Shown here piece by piece: positions 1 through 14,400 of a DNA stretch of 64,000 nt. Location of the stretch: contig CP068257.2 in NCBI GenBank assembly GCA_009914755.4, positions 14,464,001 through 14,528,000 on the forward strand, written 5' to 3'. Each line of letters opens with the position of its first letter. Within the stretch, counting starts at the first letter, position 1. The stretch is from the human T2T-CHM13v2.0 reference genome, Homo sapiens. Under the pieces are notes generated by a model, which worked only from the letters and a program-made list of their open reading frames with translations, made no database searches and had not been told where the DNA came from. The translations under genes were made by a program, and so were the position numbers.

Positions 1-572
1 AAAAGCATACGGAACAACATTGTTGCGTGGCTAAATGAAGGCCATAGAAAATTTATCATCACATTACACAGGGTCAGGAGAATGTTAAATTCTTCTGGGC
101 TAGTGCTGGCTAACTCACAGATTTCAGAAAATGTTAAACTTGCATGAGATTCAGGTTCTGCAGATAAGGAGGCTCAAGAATTGAAAAATACCTGCTGTGT
201 CTTACGCAGTAAAAGGGTCATGTGAAAGAATAGGTTCACAATGCTGATAAGACTGCTTGTTTTATGATGACATCAGCAAACAAACCTATGTAATGCAAAT
301 GCCCTCTAAAGCCCAGGCTTTAAATCATTCAAAGGCCATGCAATGAATTATTTGTGAGAAATATGTATTAAATAAAGTGTCTTTAAACAGAAGCACACAT
401 AAAACAAGGTTATGAATTGATTGTTTGACAAAAACATGACCAGCTACTGAAACCTAACCCTGTATTTTCCATAGAAGCAATGGTTCTATATTTGTTCATT
501 CAGCATCTGCAATAACTTTTTAGTACATGACTACTACAACTAATGAGAATCAACTGTATATAAACATATATA

Positions 573-985
573 TTTTTGTATATGTGTGTTTTGGACTCAA
601 TTGTTTTGCCAGCCCCCAACCAAATTCCTGTGTTGAAACCCTAATCCCCAGTAGGTCAGAATGAGACTGTATTTAGAGATATGAATTTAAAGACACAATT
701 AAGTTAAAATGAGGCCCTTAGGATTGGCCCTAATCCAGTCTGACTGGTGTCCTTGTAAGAAGAGATTCTGACACACAAAAGAGACATCAGAGGGGCACAC
801 ACATACAGAAATGACCATGTGAGGGTTGACCATCTGCAAGCCAGAGAGAGAGGCCTGAGAAGAACCCAACTCTGCCAGCACCTTGATCTTGAACTTCCAG
901 CTTCAATGACTGTGAGAAAATAGATTGATTTTATTCACCTCGTCTGTGGTATTTTATTATGGCAGCCCTAGCAAACTAAGTCAAC
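573..985 (+). mobile_element. Solo LTR, ERVL-MaLR-like (MST/MLT/THE-type)
   Basis: Matches MaLR-type LTRs from '...ccaaattcctgtgttgaaaccctaa...' through '...ccatgtgagg...ccatctgcaagccagagagag...caccttgatcttgaacttccagc...gtctgtggtattttattatggcagccctagcaaactaag'. Starts with TG. No internal sequence follows. Confidence 0.5.
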
Positions 986-3900
986 ATCAGGCACATCATG
1001 TTGGTGTCATTGAACAGCCATATGTTTTATGGTGGTGGTGTGAAATTTATGAGACACGATTAAATTTGTGTATATTTTGAAAAAGGAGCTAAGGGGATTT
1101 TCTGAAGAATTGGATATAGCTTATTAGATAAAAATGGAAGTTTGCATTCAGGAGAAAATGTATTCCTATTTTGTTCTTTCTTACTATTCACATGTTGCAC
1201 CATTTTTTTCCCAAAGAAAAACAACTAAGAAAGGAAAAAATCTTATGATGTGAGGATAAAAAGACTGACCACCCTAGTCCTATCACTGAAACATTTCCAG
1301 TGGAATCAGTAAAGGCATGATGTGTTTTAGGAAATACGATAGGGTTGTTTGTGACAATGTAAATGTAGTTGTTCAGGGTTCAATTTTAAAAAATTTAATT
1401 TTAAAACACTTAGTTTTGAAGAGTTAGAAATATTTGCAAGGAAAAATGGTTTCTTATTTTTTATTAATATTATTTTTCATGGTTCTCTAATAAGAAGAAA
1501 TCAAACTTAACTGCATAAACTATAATTAAATTCAAGAGTAAATGAGTAATGAATAAGTTTTAAGATCTAATGATATATTTACTCTACCCATGACACAATT
1601 ATCTGAAAGCAAATTGATTATTGGATATAAGGACTGTTTTAGGGAACAAAAGCGTTGAAAATAAATATGCAAACACTTTCTTTGTGTTGTGGATTAAACC
1701 TTACTGTTTTTAAAGTATTATAAAAGTTCAATAATAATTACATACTTAGAAAAATGTACTTTGAAAAGTAATTTCTGTGCATTTTATTTCTACCATTAGT
1801 GTTCAATTTCATTATTTGGATTAACATTTTAATGTAATAAAGATATATTTTTGCGAGATAGTATCTTGGGACAACTTTTAAGAGAAAGACATTTTCATAC
1901 ATTCAGTTTATACTTTTTTGTATTGAAATGCAATCTACATGTTTCACTTTAATAAGGAACCAAATAGAGTCTTAACTTTGCTTTTGTTTCCTTATCTCCA
2001 ATTTTCATTGTGGTTCTTATTTATATTAAGGGGATTATGTGGCTACTGTAAAATATTCTTTTCATAATAATTGTCCACATTCTAAGGCTGTATTCTTCTC
2101 TTCATGTTCATATATTTTGTATTTGTTTCATAGTATTCCATTTCTTTTATAGTGAGGAAAAAATCTGTTTGAAGTATCTAAGTCTCTAACCCTATGATTA
2201 CCTTGGCTAATTAACATTTTTAGCTGCAGAATAGTTGTTTTCTAACAAATTCTTCTTCCTTAATTCTTTTCATAAGTTACCAAGTATCTCTTACAGCTCC
2301 CAACAAGCCCTACATCTTGAAAATATTTAAATATTTTCAAGATCTTAAAATATTTAATTGATATTCAATGATATCAATTAGAATTTCTGATCAATGTTAT
2401 TTTGAGAAATAAGAGCTGCTTGATTTCATGTAGCTAAATGTTACTTTTATAATTTTTATTTTTTGTTTTTAATCTTTTATCTGAATTCAGACATCTACTT
2501 TTCACTCTTACAGCTAGCTTTATTTACTCCTTGTTTTTGCTCTTTTTCTGCCACAGATTAAGTTTTATTTCTGTTCTAGAAGGAGCTTGTTCTTGAAAGG
2601 CTTACTGTCTATTGAGTTATTATTCACTTCTGATATTTACATGTTTAATTAGCAACACTTTATAAATTACCTTCATAAATATTATTTTATTTGAACCTGA
2701 TTGATTTCATCCTGTGAAATGAATGGGAGATTATTATCTTCAATATGTAGATAAGGTGACTGAGGTTCAAAGAGATTCTATGACTTACTTTGGGCACACA
2801 GCTGATGGAAGTGGCACGGGTAGACTTAGGAATCACCCAGTGCTTCTCCCTTACAAGTCTTGGGCTCTTTCCACTACCATCCTATTACCTTTGCAGGCAA
2901 TTGAAGCTTAGGTATTCTGCAATAAGCAATACTTGCAAGATTATCAATCTTTAGTATAACCATGAATATAATTCTTAATAAATAATGCTATGTAAATTAA
3001 TGTAGGCATATGTGAAAGTGTTTTGTGAATTATGTCTATGCATACACAGCATATTAATATTTCGTCTGGCAAAATAGCACTAATGTAATTAGATATAATT
3101 AAGAAATACCTGATGCCTTCAAAATTATTTCGAGCCAGCATTTCTTTATTTTCTTATAAAATATAATTTTGGTTTATATCAATAAATCACACATACCTTA
3201 AAAAGATGTATTTCTACAAAGCTTATATATTAAGTAGAATATAGGCTTACATTATTTTAACAAAGAATAAAGGGATGATGGATTAAACAAATCTCATGTC
3301 TCTCTCATGTAAAAGTGCAAGATGAGAACCTGTTGTGGTTGCATGGGACCGGGGAGGGAAGGGATAGATAGGGAAGCTCTGCCCCTTGAGGTCATCCAAG
3401 ATCCCAAATTTCTTCTACATTGTTGCTTCACCAAGCGTTTCCCTTGTCCGCCTAGTCAAAACTCGTCACTACAACCACAGTCCAACACAAGGGAAGGGAG
3501 GAAGAAGTCAAAGTTACCCGCAGTGGCACAAACCTCTTCTGCTCCACATCCAGGAGGCTGTTTCTTATTTGCATAGCTTTTCCTAGCTGCCATGCATTCA
3601 ATTAAATATTTAGGGATTCTGTTACTAAAAGAGTAGGATGAGAGAATGGGTATTGGTTGATGAATACCGTTATTTCCTAGCCTGATCACTCAGATACAAA
3701 TGAGTCATTTATTTATTTTTTGATACATTTAAAACATACTTTTGGACATACAGTAATCCAAAGTATTTTTATATTACTTGACATAGCTCAAGGAATGTAT
3801 AATTCTCTCTTTTGGGCCAGTTAAATCTAATTGTTATCTGGCAACGTATACACTAAAAGGTGAGTTATTAATCACTCCTCCCCTGACTTACACACAATCA

Positions 3901-4111
3901 CTTGTATAGTGGGACAGGATACCACAAAGATACTTCTTTTCAGAAAAGCCAAGAATATTATACAAACTAAAGTCATTGGTTCATTAGAGTTATCAAATCC
4001 TGCTGAGCAGTCAGTGCTAGCTCTTCCTAAACTAACCATCATTATTCTGCCTTTGGGGAGTAACTATTTTGTTCTAGTTTTCTCCGTGGCTCCTGGATTT
4101 TCCATTTGGGA

Positions 4112-4140
4112 AGTTTTTGTTTGTTTGTTTGTTTTTTTCT
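4112..4140. repeat. (TTTG)n short simple repeat
   Basis: tttttgtttgtttgtttgttttttt. Confidence 0.9.
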
Positions 4141-4859
4141 ATTATTCTCTATGGATTCCTGTTAGGTGAGTGTTAGAGTTGTCTTTTCCTTCTTCGGAAA
4201 AGACAAATTTCACAGTCCATTTCCTGCTAGTACAGATTTGGAGACCTAGAGATTGCTTTGAAAGTTTAAAAGACACAGGCTTTTTGAAAATTTCCCTTGT
4301 GGTTTCTTTGAAAAGACAATTTCCATCAAAATGTAATCGTTTCAGTCAGTTCCATGTGCAGGTAAGCACAAGCAGAGATTTTATTTAACCATAGATATTA
4401 ATTCTGAAATCTCGTGTTTATTTACTAGTCCTGTCCAGCTACCAACCCACAGCTGACATTACAGCTACCAGGAAAAGAATGACAAATTACAAAAATAACA
4501 TTTGTAAAGGTATAATACAACAGTAAGGACTCAATATCAGAGAGGGCAGAACCATTCTGAAGTGATCTGAAGATCACCAGCTGCTTAAAACTTCCTAGAG
4601 GCATTGGCCAATTCTGAATCAGGGCAGAGAACAAGCTCAATGCAAGCCGAGGCTATGATTAAGGAAAAAAAAATCAACAAAGCTGTTAGTTGTCATGGAA
4701 AGCTGACTGACAAGTTATAAACTTGAGAGGATTCTAACACATGGCTGAGTTCTGGGACTACTCAAGAGGTCAAGGAGCCAGATCAAAAGGGAAAACAAAA
4801 TTTTCTACAGATCTGTGAATATTAAGGAAAAAAAAATATCACCAAAGAGCGAGAGTGGC

Positions 4860-4960
4860 TTACTCAAGCACACAGCTAATCTCCCTCTGAATAGAAGTGC
4901 CAGGATTGAAGGTCAAGTGGCTAAGAGCTGACCTTGGAACCTGTGACAGTAGAGCTTGAT
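4860..4960 (-). mobile_element. MIR-like SINE fragment (low confidence)
   Basis: 'gcttactcaagcacacagctaatc...gtgccaggattgaagg' resembles the reverse complement of the MIR core (CTTGCCCAAGGTCACACAGCTAGTAAGTGGCAGAGCCGGGATTCGAA). Confidence 0.3.
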
Positions 4961-5382
4961 CTTAAAATCTTTCAGGGTTGAAGAGAAGAGTACTTGGTAA
5001 AAACCATTTGTCAAAAGCCCAGGACACCATGACTGAGGAGTAGGAATTAATCAGATGTAAACAGAGGCTTAGCAAAACTATTACCAAATCCCAAAACTGT
5101 TCAGTCTCTAATTAGTTGTGATCATCAGTTCCTTCTTACATTTGTCTAACAAAGGAAATGGGCAACCCTCTCTAATGGAAGATAACATCATATGGAACCT
5201 CTGTGGTTCTTTCATGACAATTTCCAACATATAATAACCATTACTAGATATGTACAAAGGTAGGAAAATATGACTGACAATAAAGAGAAAGAAAAATGAT
5301 CCAAGCAGACCCATGGATGATCTAGATATTGGAGGTAACAAACAAGAACTTGAAATTAATTAAGAATGTATAATTATTTTAA

Positions 5383-6049
<667 letters not shown>

Positions 6050-6289
6050 GAGGCCAAGGCAGGAGGATGGCTTCAGCCCAGGAATTTGAGACCAGCCTGG
6101 GCAACACATGGAGACCCAATTTCTACAAAAATGTTTTTAAAAAATTAGCCAGGCATGGTGGCGCATGCCTGTAGTCCCAGCTACTCAGGAGGCTGAGGAG
6201 GGAGGGTCACTTAAGCCTTGGAGTTCCAGACAAGCCTGGGCAACAGAGCAATACCCCATCTCAAAATAAATAAATACATACATAAAATG
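6050..6289 (+). mobile_element. AluJ-like element, 3' portion (from ~position 43) with A-rich tail
   Basis: 'gaggccaaggcaggaggatggcttcagcccaggaatttgagaccagcctgggcaacac...attagccaggcatggtggcgcatgcctgtagtcccagctactcaggaggctgagg...' The GGATCGCTTGAGCCCAGGAGTTCGAGACC-type left monomer is AluJ-like. Tail 'aaaataaataaatacatacataaaat'. Confidence 0.8.
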
Positions 6290-6341
6290 TTAATAAAAAT
6301 TGAGGAAAAGTTGGAAAATAAATGAAGGATGTAGACTTTTA

Positions 6342-6650
<309 letters not shown>

Positions 6651-9600
6651 TTAATAGCAAACGGAGAAAATCATAAAATAGAAGATATTTCAATAGAAAA
6701 CATCAAAACAAAAGCATCTAGAGAGAAAAAGCTAAAAATGAAATAAAAATGACAAAAGAGATGTGTGTAACACACTCAAAAGATCAACTTAATGAAAGCT
6801 ACACTCTGAAACCATCTGAAACAGAGAACAGTCTTTTTAACTGATCTTTCCTCATGAGAACAAATTGCAATGTGACTGAGAGAGGCTTGGGAGTCCCATC
6901 TCATCTTTTGCTGTTTGAGATACAGGAGCTGGCTAGTTTTCTAAACTAAGTGAGGCCCCAAGTGAAGTTGTCTTCAGCCAATATAAATTGAAGGTAATGG
7001 GATGAAAGACATACATTTTAGCAAAGTTGTATTCTCTTTTGTCTCTCCTTTCAAATGAAGTAAGTCTTGCGAAATTTATTTCTTTGCGACCTCTTTTAAA
7101 GTAGCAACAAGCAGCCAAGAAGCACCACCATTTTGACTTTTTCCAATGTCCTTGACTAGAGCTGTGCTGTCTAATACGGTAAGCAGTAACTATCTGTGGT
7201 TACTTAGATGTAAATTATGAAAATTAAATGAAGTTTGATATTCAGTACCTCAGTTGCAGTAGTCACAGTTCAACTGCTCAATAGTATCAAACAGCACAGA
7301 TGTAAAAAAATTTCCACCATTTCCTATATTGATATAAGGTTCTATTAGATAGCAGTAACCTAAAGTTATACACTCAATAATCATACAATTTTCCTTTTAA
7401 CTTTTACTGGATGCTTACCATGGCATAGTTACCAGTTTTTTCCAGCTTTTCAGCTGGAAATACTAAGTTAAGAGCTTTACTTTAGAATAACTGGCCAGGG
7501 GTGCATTGGTTTTGCTGGAATTTAACTATCAGAAACTACATATCATTCCTTGAAGGTCCATGTTGGAAGAGATGATTCTTTCATTTTTTTTCCTGGTATA
7601 ATAAGGATGGCTGCCACTTTTCTCAGAGCCTAGTAACAAGTGAGTTTGGTGGTGTGGAGGTCCACCAATCAGCATAAGGTGGTATTTAATTTCTCTATTT
7701 TCAGATGCCACCCAAGCCTTCCCTTCTGTACACTGTTTCTGAGTTTAGTGTCCTTTTAGTTCAGCCCTGCCATAGAGCAGTCCTCCATTTTTGAAAAAGA
7801 AGAGACTAGTGAGAGCTGATCACCAAAAAATCTAGTTGCTTTTCGCGCAGATTTTCAACTAGTTTCCCTATTTTCTATTTCACTTATTCTCTGTTTTCAG
7901 GGTTCACCCTGTCTCATTTTTGAGCCTTTTTTTGGCATGTAGTGTATGATGATTTCCTTTGGCTTTCTTTATGCTTTTGGATATTTAGATTTGAGGTTTC
8001 TTCTATATGTTGCCTTTCACCACTTGGCCACCTTCTTTTCAGCTTCATTATTTTATTAAAATTTCCTATTCGTTGCCTTCTTCTCTGGTATTTTCTTGTC
8101 CTCAAGGGGACCCTCAGTCTTTTTTTTTTAACCCTTTCACAGACATTTTAGAATTTTTAAAGGGAAAGGAGGTAAAAAAAAAATGTTTACTACTCCAGGT
8201 TGAACCAGGAATACTGCATTGTTTTATAACTGAGCTGTGAATAATAGGCATGTGAAAAATTTGTGTTGGTAGGAACTGATATGTACTATATAGTCAATAT
8301 ATTCTGGGAACTCACATTCTTTGAAATATAAATAATTCTATGCCATACTTGGTATTTTTCACATGAAAAAAACTGAAATTCCAATAGATTAAATCATATC
8401 CTGGAGGTGCAAGAGCTTAATAAGTAACAATCTGTTTATACTTGATTTTGTCATGCTTCCTTATATCATAATACAGTGTTTAAAGGCTCAAGAATTTGTG
8501 CCTGGGTTTGAATTCCAGTTGTACAACGCAATAGCTGCACTTAATTTCACATTCTACTTAATTTGTCTGTGTCTAACTTTTGTTTGTCTCTGTGTGTAGA
8601 ATATTGATAATATAACAGCAGTATCTACCTCATAGGATTATTGGAAGGATTAAATACATTAATATATGTAAAAGATTTTGAATAGTGCTTGACATACAGT
8701 AAGTTCTATAGATGTGTTAGTAATTTCTAATTGTATTACTTTGTGCTCCATCTATCCCAAGGAAGAAAAGATATTGCTTCTGCTTATAGATGGTCTTTTA
8801 AAGCTAGGAAATACGACATTAAAGGTGTGACGTCTACTTGCACTTTAAAAACTCTCGCCTTTCTAGAACTTTCTGTTACTAAAGCTTGAAAATGAAAGAA
8901 CTGTTACTGAGTGAGCTAATGAAAGAAAAACATGCTGATTTCTTCTACTTTTAAAGGGGAAATGGATGATGTAAGTTCTGAAGATAGATCTCTACGATTT
9001 TTTTTACATCCTCTAGATTACTTTTAGTGGTTTTTCCATACTATTTTCATTCTACTCATTCTAATTTCAAAAGTCCTTCTAATTTGTATATTTGAATTAG
9101 TATCCCTAGAAAACATTTTCTCCATAACCAAATTGATGTAGAACCATAGTTTTCAAAATGTTATTGCATGGGTCATAAAAAGTAGTTGTGGGGACTTTAA
9201 AACTATCTTGAAACAATCTTCTTGTTTCATATAAAAGCCAATCTTCTTGGCTTTTATATTTCAGATTAAATCCAAACCACTCATAGCTTGAGTACCATCA
9301 GCTGTTGGCAAAACTTAGCTTCTTGGTTCTATGTAAAAGTGAATCATTTTGTAAACACTCTGACAACCAAGATATAAATCCTTTGGTTTACACAGGTGAC
9401 CTCATGAATATTCTTTTCCACCCTTTGTGTGTGTTAGAGGGAGAAAATACCGCAGGCATTGAATATTGAAATTTTTTCTAATCATTGTAACTGGAAGGAG
9501 ACGCTGACAGATCCATTCTCTGGACATGTGTTTTAAAGTTAAGGAGGAAAAGACATGAAAAAATACCGTATAGGCTTTGCTGAAACCAAAGCATTTGGAG

Positions 9601-12126
9601 CACAGTTTAATACGTTTGCCAAATTTTAAATACAGCTGGGTTCTCCCACAGTTTCTTTAATTGGAAGCAGATTTCTGTGCTAATTCTGTAACGTGAAGAG
9701 AGCTCTAACAGTATTTCTTTCCTAAAAGTAGGGCATATATTTGCAGTGACCACTTCTAACATCAACAACTCCTTAAAAATATCCGACTTAGCAATTTTCA
9801 ATGCGACTTAGAAATTTTCAAGAGTTTTCAGTAGATTTATTACCTCATGTGGTTTTATATACTTAATAGTTAAGTGTATAAATAATTAAAATTATTTAAT
9901 AACTGATAATTAAGTTCACTGGGTATTTTGTTTTTAGAAAAAAGTGGATCGTATCTAAAGAATTAAAAATATGGAAATGTTCATATTGTAAAGTAAAAGT
10001 CCACATTCTGCTTGAATGTGAAAGACAAAACGTTTGTTTCTTTCATAAGTTTAAAAAATTTACCAAGTTCTTAACATTTTAATATGATAAAATTTAGTGG
10101 AAAAGGCTAAATTGAAACAAAAATGTATTTATATTATATACTACATATATTCCATTCAAAACTACAATACTAGTTTCTGAGTCACCAAATGTGGAAATTA
10201 ATGTCAATATGATGAAAATACAATTTTGGAAAATTTATCTGTTTTTAATACCTATATATTCACTTTAACACTCAATATATTACATTTTTAATAAGCACTA
10301 ATGATATTAATAGTAATTTGAAAGAAACATATTACAAAGTTTTATAAAGAAAGCATTAAAATAGGTTTTTGGAAGATTAACCTTGAGGCATTATTTCAGT
10401 CTGCTTTCCAATTACATATTGGAAAGAGGGGTACAGCATCTACTTTTTAATGCTGCTCTTACTTTGGTAAGAATCTAGGTAGTGGGTAAAAAATAAAATC
10501 ATTTGAAATAGTTTTTTATTTATTGAACATTTTTTAGGCTGTACCTATAAAATATCTTTATAGCAATAAATACTTTTATAGCAATAATCTACACCAGATG
10601 TGTTCATCATGACTTTTTAAACTTTCTACCCTTTCAAAATTACATATCTGGTTTTTGTTGACAGTACTATTATAACTTAGAGAATTTACCTGATTTTAAT
10701 AGCACAGCAAAAGAGCTGTTTTAGGAGAATGAGCATAATTGAAATATAGGCATTTGCTAAGGAGAGTCTATAAAGACCATTTTCATTAAGACACAAAAAG
10801 ATTCCCCAAATATTAGTGTAAGCTCTAAAAATTGTGCCAGCAGTGTACCCTGAGAAGGCAGTTATTTCCTTATTATTATGCAGGCACCTAAATAAAAGGT
10901 CGATGTATGTATCAGTTTTTTCCACAAGATCTTTATTGCTTTCTCTTGGTCTTTGTACTGTTCCCTTTGCTAATACTGCGGTATCTTAATATTAATCTAT
11001 TTTATTGTAAGCTTTGATATCAGTTGAGCTAGCCCTCCCATTTTTATTTGCATGCAAGCGTACTTAGCTATTCATGGCTCTTTCAATTTCATTTCCATTT
11101 TAGAATCAGCTGTATAGTCAAAAATTCTGTTGTGATGTTGGTTGGTATTGCACTGAGTCTGTAGATCAATTTGTGAAGGACTGACATATCTATATTGCCA
11201 TTCATGAACATGATATATATCTCCACTTGCATCATTAATTTCTCTCCATAAACTTTTAGAATTGGTGCATATCTTTTCTTTGATTTTTTCCTTGTTGCCT
11301 AATTTTTGTACACTATGATAAGTTGTACCTTATATTTTGTTACTGATGTTTAAAAATAAAATTGATTATGGTATACTGGTTTTATAAAAAATGGCCTTGC
11401 TAAACTCTTATTAATTCCATCAATTTGTAGATTATTTCTATTTTCTATTTCAAAAAGCTACATCATCTGCAAATATTGACAGCTATCAATACTGACATGT
11501 TGAATAAAAATGGTGGCATGAATATCTTTGTCTTGTGCTTAATGTCTTACCATTGCAGATTTAGCATTAAGTAATTGCAGAAAATTCCTTTTGTAGCTAC
11601 CCTTTGTTATATGGAAGAATGTGCCCATTTGTTTCTAGTTTGTTGAGTTTTTAAAAAATCATAAATGGATGTCGAATTTCAGTAATAGCTCTTCCCTTTA
11701 AAATGTTTACGTGGCAAATTTTATTGATTGATTTTTCAACATAAGCCAAATGTATTGGTGAATGTAGTAACTCATTGCTTTTTTTAACTAGAATTTTCCC
11801 CATTATGAGTGAGGTTGAGTATCTTTCTTTTAGTGTGCTTATTGGCTATTTGGATATCCAGTTTGTAAAATGCCTGTTCAAGTCCCCTCTCCCTTTTTAC
11901 AAAATCAGGTTGCCTGACCTTCTCGTATTGATTTATAGATGCTCATTATATATTCCTGATATAAGCCCTTGTTAGTTATTCGAGTTACAAATATCTTCTC
12001 CCTCACAGCAGGCTTGACTTTTCACTTTGTTAAGGATGCCTTCTGGAAAATGTTACTTAATTTTAATGTGATGAAGTTGCTCAATTTTTAAATTAATGGT
12101 TTTTCTGGTAATGTTTAAGAAGTTTT

Positions 12127-12435
12127 TTCTTTCTTTCTTTCTTTTTTTTTTTTAGACGAGTCTCACTCTGTCGCCCCCAGGCTGGAGTGCAGTGGCCTGA
12201 TCCTGGCTCACTGCAACCCTCTGCCTCCCAGGTTCAGGTGATTCTCCTGCCTCAGCCTCCAAAGTAGCTGGGATTACAGGCGCCCGCTACCACTCCTGGC
12301 TAATTTTTGTATTTTTTGTAGAGGCGAGTTTTCACCATCTGGCCAGGCTGATCTTGAACTCCTGACCTCAAGTGATCCACCTGCCTCGGCCTCCCAAAAT
12401 GCTGGGATTACAGGCGTGAGCCACCTCGCCCGGCT
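12127..12435 (-). mobile_element. Alu, full length (AluS/Y-like)
   Basis: T-rich tail, then 'agacgagtctcactctgtcgcccccaggctggagtgcagtggc...gctgggattacaggcgtgagccacctcgcccggct'. Flanking imperfect direct repeats 'aagttttttctttc' and 'aggtcttttcttac'. Confidence 0.9.
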
Positions 12436-12569
12436 GAGGTCTTTTCTTACTCTGAGGTCCTATTGATTCTCTTCTATATCTTTTAGAACATTTACTGTTC
12501 TTCCTTTTAAATTTACATATATAATCAGTCTGGAATTCATCTATATGGTATGAAATGGAAATATTTAAT

Positions 12570-12645
12570 TTCATACATATGTATATTATATATGTATATA
12601 AATTATAAATATACATATATATGTAAATTATATATAAAGCATAAT
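12570..12645. repeat. TA-rich low-complexity / (TA)n-like tract
   Basis: atatgtatattatatatgtatataaattataaatatacatatatatgtaaattatatata. Confidence 0.8.
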
Positions 12646-13184
12646 TTCCATTTTATTTTTTTCCAGAGGATTGTTTTTCTTTAATCCTTAAGGATTCAGC
12701 TCCTTACAAGGGTTTTGTTGGAGGTCATGGGGCAGCACCAGGAGGTCTAAATCATGGTGGGTGCATTCAGTACTTCATGAGATCCATTCTCAACTAACAT
12801 GCTGTGAATGGCACAACTCAGGCATTAACGTAGCTTCACATATACCTTGGGAAGCACGCAGGAGTCGAAGACACTCCCTTTGGAAATGTCTGATAGCTGC
12901 AGCCTCTTCTGTTTTGAATGACGAACTTCTTAGTAGCCTTGTCCTTGGGCATACATTGGGCACAGTGTCTGCAGCAAATAGGCTGCATGTGGCTGTGCCT
13001 CTTTTTGGCATGACATGGTTCCTTCTTTTCTTTGTCATCTTGAAAGCAAGAACCTGAGACTAATTTCATATTTTTTTTTGTAAATTACATAAAACACCTT
13101 TATTATTGTTTTACAAGGTCAGTGTTTAATTACATTTATCCACATTTCCATCCCCCTTTCTTTTCTTTTCTTTTTTTCCTTTTG

Positions 13185-13320
13185 AACTTTTATTTTAGAT
13201 TCAGGGAGTGCCTGTGCAGATTAGTCACATGGGTAGATTCTGTGTCTCTGGGGTTTGGTGGACAGATTACTTCCTCACCCAGGTAAGGAACATAGTCCTG
13301 ATGGGCAGTTTTTTTTTTTT
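13185..13320 (-). mobile_element. L1 extreme 3'-end fragment (older L1PB/L1MA-like)
   Basis: 'tttattttagattcagggagtgcctgtgcagattagtcacatgggtagattctgtgtctctggggtttggtggacagattacttcctcacccaggtaa' is the reverse complement of the conserved L1 3' terminus (...GTTCAGGGGTACATGTGCAG...GTTTGGTGTACAGATTATTTCATCACCCAGGTA). Confidence 0.6.
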
Positions 13321-13559
13321 TAATTCTCACCTTCATCCCTTTTCTTGTGCTCCCTTTCCCTTTGCCTCTCTTGAGCTTCCGTTTGGGCTTCAGGATTACA
13401 TTCATCCTTGCTACTGGTGGGGCACTGGTTCCAGGAACACCACTCCCCTCTCTCCCACGTGGATACCCAAATCCCAGCATAATCAAATCGTGTAGTTGAG
13501 GAACCCTGGAATATCGATAAGAGGAACAACTGTGTTTATTGCAAAAAAATCTGCCTATA

Positions 13560-14400
13560 AGTGGACCGCACAGTTCAAACTTCTGCTGTTGAAGAGTCGG
13601 CTGTATTTTTCTTATGCTTGAAGTCTATCATTCAGAATTTCCTTTAATAGAGGCTTGATGGTTGTAAAGTCTCTTGCTTTTTGTTTCTTTGAAAATGTCT
13701 CTTGCACCTTCATTCTTGAAAGCCTTTTTCATTAGATATAAAATTGTCAATTGAAATTTATTTTATTTTAGTACATTGAAAAAACATATCATATAAATAG
13801 ATATATCTTTAAGATTTCCTCTTTGTAGTTTTCTGAATTTCACTATGATTTGTCAGCTTTTTATCTGCTTGGGTTTCATTAGGTTTTTGAATTTGTGGAT
13901 TGATATATGTTTTAATTCTGGAGAATTCTCAGCCATTATCTACTTAAATATTGCTTATACATTGTTCTTTTTCTCTCTTTCTGAAAACTCCAATAAAATA
14001 TATGTTAGATTTTATTATTGTATCCTTAATGTATCATCAAATCCTTTCCCCAACAGTTTTATATTTTTGTCTTTCTGAGCTTTATTCTTGATGTTCTTGA
14101 TATTTTTTTTCTTAACTATTTTGCATTTCACAAAGTTTCTTCAATTGGATCCAATTTGTTCTCAAATCCATCCAGTTTCTTATTTTGGTTACCATGCTTT
14201 TCAGTTCTATACATTCTATTTGGTTCCTTTTCAAATACGCTGTGTCATTTGAAAATACTCTGTTACATTTTTCCAGCTTGGCTTTTATTTTCTTTTAAAT
14301 TCTAAGTACGATTATTTTATAATTATTATATGATAATTCCAATATGTGAAGTGTCTTGAGTATGTTTCTGTTGGGTTTTATAAACGGTGCCTTTCTCTTG
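13560..14400 (-). mobile_element. Old L1 (L1M-type) ORF2-3'/3'UTR fragment
   Basis: Reverse-complement matches to the L1M pattern: '...ttctggagaattctcagccattatctacttaaatattgcttatac...ctccaataaaatatatgttagatttt...' (compare ttctggaaaattctcagccattatctcttcaaatattgcttct...ctccaattacacgtatgttagacc). Highly diverged, no intact ORF. Confidence 0.45.

Noticed and set aside
3300-3620. Possible additional LTR-like fragment ('...gcatgggaccggggagggaagggatagatagggaagctctgcc...')
   Set aside because: There is some resemblance to LTR U3-like sequence, but I could not align it convincingly to any family from memory. Left unannotated; a Dfam search would settle it.
7914-8240. K/R-rich ORFs that superficially resemble L1 ORF1-like basic peptides
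   Set aside because: I could not align them to L1 ORF1/ORF2 or any TE protein. They are probably chance frames in T-rich or low-complexity sequence.
8940-8980. Micro-exon-like configuration (polypyrimidine tract + AG, 14 nt, then GTAAGT)
   Set aside because: It is too short, frame-ambiguous and statistically expected by chance. There is no supporting evidence.
12700-13070. Block with overlapping ~80-98-aa ORFs on both strands ('MHSVLHEIHSQLTCCEWHNSGINVASHIPWEARR...' and others)
   Set aside because: There is no recognisable protein similarity, the ORFs are mutually overlapping and antisense, and the block lies between an Alu and L1 fragments. It is probably a diverged repeat of a family I cannot name, not a gene.
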